In this document: positions 27,801 through 39,800 of the stretch, piece after piece | How positions within the stretch are numbered: the first letter of the stretch is position 1 | How the letters are laid out: each line of letters starts with the position of its first letter | Origin: Carcharhinus amblyrhynchos | Lineage: Eukaryota | Direction: 5' to 3' | Length of the DNA stretch: 64,000 nucleotides | Assembly: GCA_965287045.1 (NCBI GenBank) | Contig: OZ336874.1 | Coordinates: 44,206,001-44,270,000, forward strand | The notes under the pieces: model-generated | The model's input: only the letters and a program-made list of their open reading frames with translations | What the model was told of the DNA's origin: nothing | Database searches by the model: none | Program-made: the position numbers and the translations under genes

Positions 27801-30800
27801 TGCCATTTGGCCAATAAATCTCTCTGCTGACAAAAAGCTGGCGGTCAGCACCATTCATGCCTGCTTTTTCAATCTTTGCAGGCTCACCCCAGTCTGACCA
27901 GTATATAAACCTTATAATCCAAAAAGGAGAAAAAAGAGTCAGAAGAGGAGAACTTTTGAATCAAAATGCTTCACTGGGTGAAAATGATAGTTTCTACTGG
28001 CATTGTCAAAGTTACATTTTACTGGATTCGGTTTGACAGCCACAACATAACCTCAAATGTTTAACATAGATACAAGAGCCCACTATTTTCCAGAGTTTGG
28101 ATAATATTCAAGTGTGCCATCAAAAGGATAGCAAAAGACAAAACTTCAAGTTGAATTGTAGCAAATTAAAGTTAAACTATGAATAATCTGACCATGCTAC
28201 CTCTTTATATCCACAGGTCATGCTTAGTTATAGACAATTGAATAAATCAAAATGACTTATGAATTAAACTCAAGTGGCTAGCATTACTAGTTAATTGGCC
28301 ACTTTGATGTCAAGCCAACCAACTTGGTATGAATTACTGCCAAACACTTTCCTTCTGATACCCTGATGACAAGTTTAAATTCTTTAGTACCCAGTAAGTG
28401 GATCAGCAGCTATAGATCCTGGTTCCTTTAGATTGGTATCAAAGAGGATCTTCCTTTTGGTTCCATCAAAGTTGCTCACTGAAAGAATTTTAAGGCCTGC
28501 ATCTGTCCAATAAATGTTCTTGTGGATCCAATCAACTGCAATTCCCAAAGGAAGGCGTGTATCATTGATGACTCTGGCAATCTCCATTGCACCACTTTGG
28601 TTATCTATTGATTTACTGCAAAATGAAGTCACAGTAGTAAATACAAAACCTGGATAAAACATTCAAATTTAAAATCTAGAAATTCAGGATTGAAGTTCAC
28701 ATTTGTGCAACCCCCAGTGAGCAGTTGTATATTATTGGTTGGAACACTTTAGCTCCAAAGTTTGATACTTGTCAGACTGTAACTATTAAAGTATTTAAGG
28801 GTAATGCACAGGTTTTGTTTTAGTAAGAGGTCTAGTTTAAATCCTTTCTCCTCAACCAATATCTTGTAAATTAGGAATGAGAGCAGCAAAACAGAACTAG
28901 GTGACAATCTAATGTTTGTATTTCACTTGGCATGATATTTGCATTCAAGTGATTTAAAATACTTTGGGTTTCACAGCTCTAGTGGGACAGAAAGGAGGGT
29001 GGGGAAAAACAATGGCAGCTGAGTTGTGGCCAGAAATCACAAGTTTCCACTTGCTTTCATCCAAGGAGTAGCCCCCTGCACAGGCTTGCTCCTGTTCAAA
29101 AGGACCAATTCATTTCTTGCAGACTCATTAGCAGTCCATTTCTGGCATGTCGTCAGACCTTAAGGCAGCTGGAATTTGCTGCAGACCAACTGGATGGAGG
29201 CAAAAACTGTAACAGAAGCAGGAAGAGTTCTCCATTGCCAGGAGTTGTTTTCTTAAATGCAGTGTTACCATGTACAGCATTCAATTTGAGTCATGAAAAT
29301 AATTTGATTTTAAACAACAGCATTTTTGTTTCATGAAAAAGGCTGTTGAATGATGAGAACACTTTGGGTTAAGTTCACTAGAGAAGTCCAACCTCTAGTT
29401 GTTACCAGTCTGGGTTTCTGACACTTGTCATATGGTTTTGGACTCCATTTATAATTTGCAAAGGAGCCTCTGGAGCAAATAGCATTAATATTCTCCATGC
29501 ATCAGTTCTTAAACCTCAATTTAAGAAGTTCACATTCTAATTCTCCCTATATTGCACTTGGCATTTTGATCGAGCGCTATTTTAAATTCATTTGCCCTGC
29601 ATCTAGTTCAAAAGAAGTTAATGATTTCAGTTTGTGACTCTACAAGAGTTATAGCCTTCAGCCTTACATTTTCACTTCCAAGTTAAAAATGGAGACCCCA
29701 TCCTTTGGATCACTATCACCTTCTCCTGCATATTGAATGGTGGCTGAATGAATTGCTTCTTAGGCTCTATCAATCTCAGATCTTAATGTTGCACCATAAA
29801 CCAATTACCATATAAATTTCACTTTATACCATGCCTTTGAGCAAAAAGCAATTCTCCCATCCAAAATCAGGTTGGAACAGTGGCAGGCTTTTAACCTGTG
29901 CTAGAGTCAACCCACCTCAGGTCTACTCGAGTAACTCAGCAGCTAGCACTGCTGCTTCTGGGATTCAGGTTCCATTCCTATCTTGGGGGTCAGTATGCAG
30001 AGTCTGCAAGGGCTTCCATCAGGTGCTTTCTTTCTCCACCCCCTTCCTCAAAGACTTGGTTAGATGCGTTGGCCACACTAAATTCTCCCTCAGGTGTACC
30101 CCAGTTAGGTGCTGGAGCAGTAACTCGATTGCAGTATTAATGTAAGCCTACATGTGACTAAAACTTTTTCTAGCTCAATTAGAATACCAATCCCTGGAAG
30201 TTCTACATCCATGATGGAGATGCCAGCATTGGACTGGGGTAAACAGCAAGTCATCTCAACACCAGGTTAAAGTCCAACAGGTTTATTTGGTAGCAAATGC
30301 CTTTTGCTACCAATTAAACCTGTTGGACTCTAACCTGATGTTGAGACTTCTTATTGAAGAATACATCCAGGCAGGGCTGCAATCTGGAAGAATCCAATTC
30401 AGGAGAGGCAAAGCCAGCCAGTGTTAGCTGATTGATCAATGTTTATTCAAGTGGCTCAATGCAGAAAGACAGATCTTGAATTGAAAATTCTCAAAATAAG
30501 TCATTACATAGAGTTTCAGAAATCTTACCTAAAAATTGCATGATGGCCCAGGTCAGCCCAGAAGATTTTCTGCACTGCAATGTCAGCATCAAGTGCTACA
30601 GCATTTCTCAGCTGATCAATTATCTGAGTGTATTCCATGTGATGCAATCCAATTTTCCTGATGTCATGACGATTAGTGAAAATTAAATATGGCTCTTCTC
30701 CTGTAGGGGAAAGCCAACACATGAACAATGGTTTCCTTTTGTAGAAGTCTTTGCAGTCATACAGCACAGAAGATAACCATCTGGCCCATCGTGCCTGCTC

Positions 30801-33800
30801 CAAGAGCATAAGATTCCTTGTGGAATGTCCCCTTTCTCAAAATACCCCTCTTCTCAGATGTGAAGCTATGACAGCAAACTTACAAGATCACACAATTGAG
30901 ATTGATGATTTGTTCCCAATAGTTTATAGGGATGACAATAATAAACAGGCTCTCTGCAAGACACTGAATATTCCAACTTTTGTACACCCACCCCCACCTT
31001 CCCCAAACTCATCTGGGTTCTGATGATGGCCCATGGTGTTGACCACCATACCATGTGCCAGGCTGTCATATTTTAACCACCCAGTTCTTTTCCCTGCTGG
31101 TATGACTGAATTGATGTGTACATAAAAGGGCAAGTGAAGCAAGATGCATGCTGATTGCTCCATAGATGTGTACAGTGTTCCCCTGCATCCAGTGCAGAAG
31201 TATTTAGCCATTTGGAGCTGATACATATTAAACGTAATCAAATTGTATTCTTGGTCATAGTCAGTGAACGAGTCAGCTTGCAGCCCAGAGATGGAGAGCA
31301 ACCTCATGCAGCCCAATCAACCTAGGTAGCTCATTGCTGGTCAATAGCAATAAATGCAGTTCAAACAGTGGACCTAAAACACTCCTCTCAAGTGTCAACC
31401 CAGATGGATTTTACATAGGTAATGATACTTAACCCAGCCTGTCATGTACCAAAAGCTGCAAACATCTACTTCAGCTTTGAATCAGCCAGTTTAGGGTTTA
31501 GTTATTTACCTTCAGTTCTTCAGCACACGTTATGCTGTTAAATACCTGCATATTGTTGTGTATAACAGTGTTTCACAGCAGACTTAATTGAATATTTTCA
31601 AATACTGTACTTGCCCACAGCCTTGCAACCCCCATTGATTGGATCAATGTGATATCCTTTATGACAGTCGCACCGATAACTTCCATTTAAATTGATGCAA
31701 ATTTGACTACAGGTTTCTGGATTTTGACATTCATCAATATCTGCAAAGAAAGAAATATCCTTTCAAATTCATGATCTGAGTCAATTTGGAAGAAAATTAG
31801 TGGAATTGAACTTGCCTGCACAGGATTTCTTGCCCACCAGTTCAAAGCCAGGTGGACATTCACATTCATAACCAATGGCAAGATCCCTGCAGATATGAGA
31901 ACAACCACCATTGCTCACCAGACACTCATTTATATCTGCAAAACAAAATTGGAATTTCTTTTGTATTGGAGTCTCAAAGGCTATTACAAGACAGTAACTC
32001 CACCATAAGCAGTGTAAAATTAAAACAGTATAAATCGATTAGTTTGTTTAGTGAATGCAAAGTCCTCAAGCAAACAGTTTCTTCCAGTCCTGCTGTATTG
32101 AGTTTGGATAGGCCTCTATGGAGTCTGTAGATTAGACACTGATGGTTGTGCGTAGCTTACACTCCCTTAGGAGAAAAGGCTAGCTCTAATGCCCCCTCTG
32201 TGGGGGTTCACCAAAGAGGGTCTGTGGCTGTGCCTGAATCTGAGTGGACCACACTTTCCCTGGCAAGTTGAAACAAGTTTAAGGCCAAGTACTTGGTCAC
32301 ATTCAATGATTCCCATTCACTTGTCTAGATGGAATATACATTGAAATCCTGTTTGGAGGTGGCTCTCCCCCCACCCAAATGGGTGTTCCAGTATGGATAT
32401 GCATGGTAGCATTCAGCTGGATGTGAGTCATGTGAGATGATTTTGACCAAAGGGCACAGTATTTTGCTACAAGCATGGGGTTCAAGTGCTGAGGTTTGGA
32501 GGGCAGTGATAGCAACACCCCAGAGTAGTCTCTATCATGGCTGCAGCTGTTTAGGTGTTCCTGGAAGATCAGCATCCTATCTAGAGTCACATTGAACTAT
32601 ATTGAGTTAGTGTTTTAACTTGCAGCCATTTGGATGTTGAGCACTATTGGCTTTTGCCTTGTGAAAGTGGAGGGTTTGCTTTGAATCACCATGTGTTGAA
32701 GTATTGTTCAAATTTTGACAAGTCCTCATTTAAGATCTAGTCAGAGATTGAGGCCAATATTGTTGGCATATATGAATTTGGGAGGTAGTTTCTGGAAGAT
32801 CATTGCTGTACAAGTTGAACAGGGTTGGAGCAACAGTCTTGATTTGCCTTTTCCATATACTCTATGGCTGCTAAAGTGAACTCTGAACTTTTGACTGTTC
32901 AATAGTACTGCAATGCTGTTAGCCACTCAGGGGAGAGGGGCAGTGTGCCAAATGGTGTTATAGGCTGCTGTGAAGTTCAGAAACAGCAACTGTCCAAGTT
33001 TTTGAAAGCTGTTTTCAACATACCTGTTCCCACACTGTAGTGCTAGCAAAAACCAGCTTGACTAAAGAAGGATTGAGGGATATCTGCTGAAGGAGGAGAC
33101 ATCCAAGAATTTTATAATGGAACTGACAGGCAAGATTGGACAGTTGCTAGCTACAGATATGAGTTCTTTTCCATGTTATGGCAATGGCTTTTACACCCAA
33201 AACAGTTGGAGCCAAGTCCAGAAACAACTTATTGCCAAACTACTTGACCCAACCTAAGATGTTGCTAACACTACCCAAACTTTAGCATAGTTGCAGAATA
33301 CTGCACTCATTTGGTCAAGATTACAGTTGATAGCCAGCTAAATGCTACCATTTGTTATTGTTTTGGCATTCACAGCCATCATGCAAAACCAGGTCAGCTA
33401 GACAAAATCTCAGGGCCCCCAAGTGTTTCATAACTTTTGGTATATATATCCTGCTGCCTTGTCACACTTCAAACCCTGTAGGATCTTCGTTCTTCCACAA
33501 CCTTTAAGACATTTTTTAAATTTTGCAACCTCAGAGGGGATAGCACTGATGTTTTTTGTTGATGTGTCTCCATTCACCACAGATCTCTCTTTTGGTGTTT
33601 TTGTTCAGGGGTGCTGTAGTATGGCAAATAGGTGGCCAGAGGCATGGTTGGGAGTAATTGGGATAATTTTTGGCTTTTGGGTTGCTTTAAGGTAATGGAT
33701 CAGGCTCCAGCACTCCCTGCTGCAGTGTATGATCTACTGATATTAGAAACTTTGACACATCTACATGTACAAACCAGCAGCAGGGTTAGATCTTTCAGCC

Positions 33801-36800
33801 CCTCAAGCCTGCTCTGCCATTTGATAAGATCATGGATGATTGGATCATAGCCTCAACACTACCCACTTTGACAACTGTCAATCATAATTTAAACAGTCTT
33901 AAAAAGTATGACCCTACCGCTACAGAATCAAAGATGAATGATCCTCAGAAACAAAAACTCCCATCTCGACATGGGAAGTTGTCTTCTAGAGAAAAGTACC
34001 TGCCCAGCCAAGTCTTATTCATCATTCTTTTAAACTTCCATTAGGTAAAAACCAAACATGAAAACCTTCATTCCAGGAATCAGTTGGTGAACTTTCTGAA
34101 CTGCTCAATGCAATTATACCAGAAGCCAAATTTGTAGCAGGACTATCCTAATCCAATAGTCCATTCCCCTTTCAATAAAGGCCAGCATCAATTTGCCATC
34201 CTAGTCACTTGCATGCGATTCACACATCCCTGTTCAATTCTGCATTTCTATTCCAAGTGAAGCTCACGTTTGCCCACATTTAACTAAGATCATTTAATAA
34301 AGAACATTGTAATTAGATTAAACCAAATATTGATGCACAAGGATAATCATGACATTACTTGTTAGTGCACTGGAGGGGGGAAAATTTGTGAAGGTGATTA
34401 AGAACAATGTTTATGAATTTAAATCAAAAGACACATTTAATACTAGCAAAATTCAAACTTTTCACAATTAAAAAAGTCTGATAATAGCCTAAAAACACCT
34501 GCCCCTGTCTGCCAGCCTTATTTCAGTTTGCAGAAATAGGAGAAGAAATAAGTGGAACTATAAAGCTACATACAACATTCTTTTAGGGGCTCATCACTCC
34601 AGTCTTTGCAGTCTTGTCGCCGATCACACACTTGACTCATATTTATGCATTCTCCAGTTTGGCATTGGAAATCAGAAGGCCCTGTGCACGCCAGAGCTGG
34701 TAGAAGGAAAAAAGTTGAATGAGTTTTGAACCAAGGAGCTCAATAAAGTGCTCTTAAACTCTACTGTCTACTTACTCTTACAGTTGTGCTCATCACTACC
34801 ATCAGTACAATCAATAAAGCCATTGCATCTCTTGCTTTCAGGAATACATTTATCTCCACATTTGAAGTGACCAAATTTGCATATTGGAGCAGCTGCCAAA
34901 CAAAAACTCAATTTAAGAAACAGGAATCACGTAGCAAGCCAACAAATTCGGACAATATTTAACATGCTCAATTTTAAAATAATGCTCCCAAATATTTCTA
35001 ATATAAACTTCTGTCACAAACCATAATTAAAATGTACCCCTAAAAGGTTTCTCATGATTCTCCCCCACTATTTTATTAATTTATGTGACCAGTATTTATT
35101 ATATCCCTAGTTGTCCTCAAAAGATAGTGAGGACTGCCTTTTGAATCACTGCAATCTCCAATATGTAGGTACATCCATAGAGCTGTTAGGGTAGAGTTCC
35201 AGGATGTCGACCCAGTGGCAAAGACGGAAACACACTATTTCTAAGTCAGGATGGTGTGTGGCTGAGAAGGCAACTTCCAGGAGGTTGTGTTCCCAGATAT
35301 TTACTACTCTTGTCCTTTGATATGGTAGTGGTTGCAGCTTTGTCAAATGCTTCCTGAGGAGTCTTGGGGAGTTCCTGCAGTGCATTGTGTAGATGCTCAG
35401 ACAGCTGATGAATATTTGTGGAAGGGGTAGCAAAAGGGTTGCTTTGTCCTGGAATGTGTCAAGCTTTGTGTTATTGGAACTGCACCTATCCAGGCAAGAG
35501 GAGAGTATTCCACTACAATCCTGACTTGTGCTTTGTAGACATTGCAAAGGTTTTGGTGAATCAGGTGGCAAATTACTTGCTACAGGATTCCTATACTTTG
35601 ATCACTACAGTATTTACACACTAGGCTAGTTCAGTTCCTAGTCAATGATAACCTTTGTATAAGGACGTGCATGGTATTGATGTTTCTCTTTTAATCCACA
35701 GGTGCTTCGGTCTGCCTTGTTGTCCAACAAGGGGCATACGAGGGCTGCTCTTGGATGTTGAGTAGCCTAGTACTTCACGTCATTAGTGTATGCTTAAACT
35801 GGACCAGATGCTGGGCAACACGACAGCTCAGTCACTATCACTGTTTGCTGTGCAGATACATGGATTTGGGCCAGTGTCTGTGGGAGTTTGCGCATTCTCC
35901 TTGTGCTTGCGTGGGTTTTCTCCGGGTGCTCCGGTTTCCTCCCACACCCTAAAGATGTGCTCTTAGGCTGATTGGTGTAACAAATTGTCCCTAAATTAGT
36001 CTTCCCCCAATGTGGAATGCCATAAGCATAGACAAGGGTCATGGGTGGAGAGGGGACTCAATCTTAAAATGGCAGCGAGGGCTCATGGGGCCAAAGGGTC
36101 TGTTTCCTGTGTTGTGTTGTTCTTTGTAACCCTCATGTTGATAATGGGGGATTAAGCAATGGCAATGCCATTGAATGTTTCTAGCTATGTCAGGCAACAT
36201 TTCCATCCCTGCAGCACATTATCTTATGGTCAAGGAAAGAAAGTCATTACCTAACTGAAGATGTTTTTGTCAAACAGTCTGTCCCACCCACTTGTTAATC
36301 TGTCAATTGGAAATGCTGGACTGTCAAACATCACAGCAAAGAAATGCTCAAACCATTTGGGAAGAAAAATACACTTTTAGTGTTGCAATGACTTTTCTCC
36401 AGAATTAGCATCCTGGAGGTTAGAAACAAAAATTAAGATGCAGAATGGGATTAAATTAGTTCAGATGTCATGGGCTCCATTTTTCCTTAAAATAATCTCA
36501 GACAAAACAATAGTGATTCCAGGATGTCCTAAAGTATTTTATACCCATTGTTGATTGTATACAAACAGTGGCAGGACACAGGGACAGCATGTTATTCAAA
36601 TACAGTCATAGAATCTTTTATATCCACCCAAGGCATCAGAAAGATCTGATGATTATTCCATCCAAAAGACAGTATTGTGCCTTCAGTAAGGGGCTCAAAC
36701 TCAACTTCCTGACTTGTGTCCACTCAGGCACACCAGAACTACAGGTAAAGCAACTGTATTTTTAAAAAAAAGGAGGCAAATTCTGAACAAGTGGCACCAA

Positions 36801-39800
36801 ACACTATTTAGGAATGACACAAGATATCATTTGTATTTATCACTGGCTTAGTTATTCGTGGTCAATTGCATTCAAATACTAACATTTCTAGAATTCAAAA
36901 TGTCTCAGTTCAAGAGCAGTCTATTGGTTAGAGACAGTAAAGAATTTTAGCACTGCTAGGCCACCATCAATAAGGAGTGACATAAAAAACTCACCAATTA
37001 AAACATTGTAAATCCCAGACTAGAAGGAATATAACACTTACAGCATTTGTCTTCATCACTTCCATCTTTGCAGTCTTTATCTCCGTCACAGTGCCAGTTA
37101 CCGTGAATGCATTCACCAGAATTACATAAAAACTCACCAGGAGAACAGGTCACTGTAAGTGTATACCCACACTGGTGTGGAGATTCATCAGATTTATCAG
37201 CACAGTCAGCATTAGTATCACACAGCCAATTCATGGGAATGCATTCAGAACTATTGCACTGAAACTCATGAGGGCCACAGATACGTGACTTGCAGTCCTT
37301 TTCATCACTTCCGTCACCACAGTCATCTGCACCATTGCATAAAAAGTTTTTGGAAATGCATCTACCACTGGCACACGTAAACTCTAATGAATTACAAGTA
37401 ACAGTGCCTAAAAGAAAAAGAAAAATGATATCAGTTCATGTGCTTTAAACTATGGACCATACTTCAAAAGATACTCAAGGTCAAACACCTTTCAGTCCTT
37501 CTAAACTTGGCCAGTGACTGTAGTCTGGCGATTAAACAATTACTGGGCATGCAGCAGGTCTTCATATGCAAGGTCAGGATGACAGAATGACACCTGGCTT
37601 TTGAAATGGAGTCCACTATCTAGTAACAATATATACATTCCATAACAGGGGTCCCAAAAAGAAGGAGAAATGACATCTTACAATCTTGCTCTCATGCCCA
37701 AACGTCCATCCTTGGCCCATGCAATGCCCCAGTGAAAGCTGGAAGAGCAGCATATCTTCCAGTCAGGCATGTTGCCACACTTGACTTGCATGGAATTCAA
37801 CAACTTAAGATTTTGGCCTTGTTCCTCCAACTTAAACACCACCCCGCATCTCCCCCACCCCCCCCCCCCCCCAACTTTCTTTTTTTTTAGGTGTCCCATA
37901 CATGTATTGCCTCAAGTAACACCACCCCCCCCCCACCCCCCTCCCCAAAACCCCAAGGGCACCTAACCTTGGGTCCTTAAAGTTGCTACTTGCAATTTCT
38001 ACAGCTCTAAAAAAAGTGTTCTCCCTCTCTTCAGTTCTGATGTAGAGTCAGAAGGACTCAAAACATTAACATCTTCTCCAAATGGATGCTGACAGACCTG
38101 AGTATTTCCACTGTCCTCTATTCTTTTAATAGAAGTTGTGGTTGATTTTGCTCATTTGCTGCAAAGCCATACGGAACAAAGTAAATGAACAAAAATGTCT
38201 CAAAATGGAAACTAGCCACAAATCATCTCATATGTTACAACTATGAGGTCTTGGGAACCATTAAGTTAGAATGAACAAGTGGTCCTCAAGCTACATACCA
38301 CAGTTCTCCTCATCACTACCATCATCACAGTCCTGTGCTCCATCACATCTCCAAGAGACAGGAATACACTGGAAAAATCCAGAGCCACAGTGTATTTCAT
38401 TGGCTCGACAAGTGTTTGTGCCTGAAAGAGATGTACAGCCATGATTATTTGCAGCACTACTTCCATGTTGCCTTTAAGGGAGAAAAATGCAAGGCCTGTT
38501 CACTATTATATTTTTCCATCTTGTTTGGTTCTCAATTGCAAATTTTGAAATCAAGGTGACAAAGCAATTATTAAGGAATGGCATCAGACTGTTGCCTCAC
38601 CAGGGTTTAGAATCTGCTCAGATGACCAAAGATACATGTGGCATTGCTATTTGTTAATCCAAATTTATTCTTCCCTCAACCAATACCATCTTTAGCTCAG
38701 CTTTTGACAGAATGTAACAAATGCAAAGAGTGCACAGAATTCTCCACCGTCACAGTGGCAATATCCATGGATTACATAAATGGGCAAACTCTGACAAGTC
38801 GATTTTTAAAATAAGCAAATGTTTAATTTGATGCTAAAAGGATGGAAAGCACACCATTTTCCAATGATGAAATTTTAGAAATAGTGGAAGGCCTAAAGAG
38901 GCTTGGGGTTGCAGAAAGAGAAGTAATCAAAAGGCCTAATGGAATGCTAGCATTTATATCTAGGGGAATAGAATACAAGGGAAGAGAAGCCATGATTCAG
39001 GTATACAAGGCCCTGGTTAGACCACATCAGGATACAGTGAGCAACTCTGGACAGCACACCCAAGGATGAATACGACAGCCTTGGAAGGCATACTTCATGG
39101 ATATTACTACAATGATACCTAGACCCAGAGGTTAAATTGTGTAAGCTACAGCTGTAGTCTCCAAATCTAGACAGTTAAAGGGTGATTTGATTAAAGCTTT
39201 CAATAGGAACTAATAGGGTGGATAGAGAAAAGCTATTGTAGCCAGTTGGGGAATCTGATAGGTCAGGCTCTGTTTCCTTTCAGGAATGAAATTGGGAAAT
39301 ACTCCGACATGCAATGGGCAGAAGTTTAACACTCTTACCACAAACACTACCATAGTAGTTAAGGAAGGTTTTGTTTTACATCCAATAATAATGACCACAT
39401 TGTGTGACAAAGTCAGGAATCAGCCATGATCAACTGAATAGCAGAACAGGCTTATTAAGGATTAAGCTACCTCTTGTTGATCCGATCTGCCCAAAATATA
39501 CATCGGTTAAGTGTATAGTTTCTTTAAAGAGAAAAGCGAAATCTGTGCAGACTTCATCTACACCCCTTCTCTAATTATATTCGCCTGTCTGGCATCTATA
39601 AACTTAGAAAATTCTAAGTTCTGAATAAAACGATAACAACAACAACAACATTAATACATTAAACAAGTTACCCTAGATAATGCAAGCGCGAAATTTCATT
39701 CAAAGCATCCTCTGGCGATAAAACCTCTTTGCTTGCCAATAAGAGATTTATCATCAGACGCGCACTTTGTTCACTCACTAAAAATATTTGCCTTGATTAC

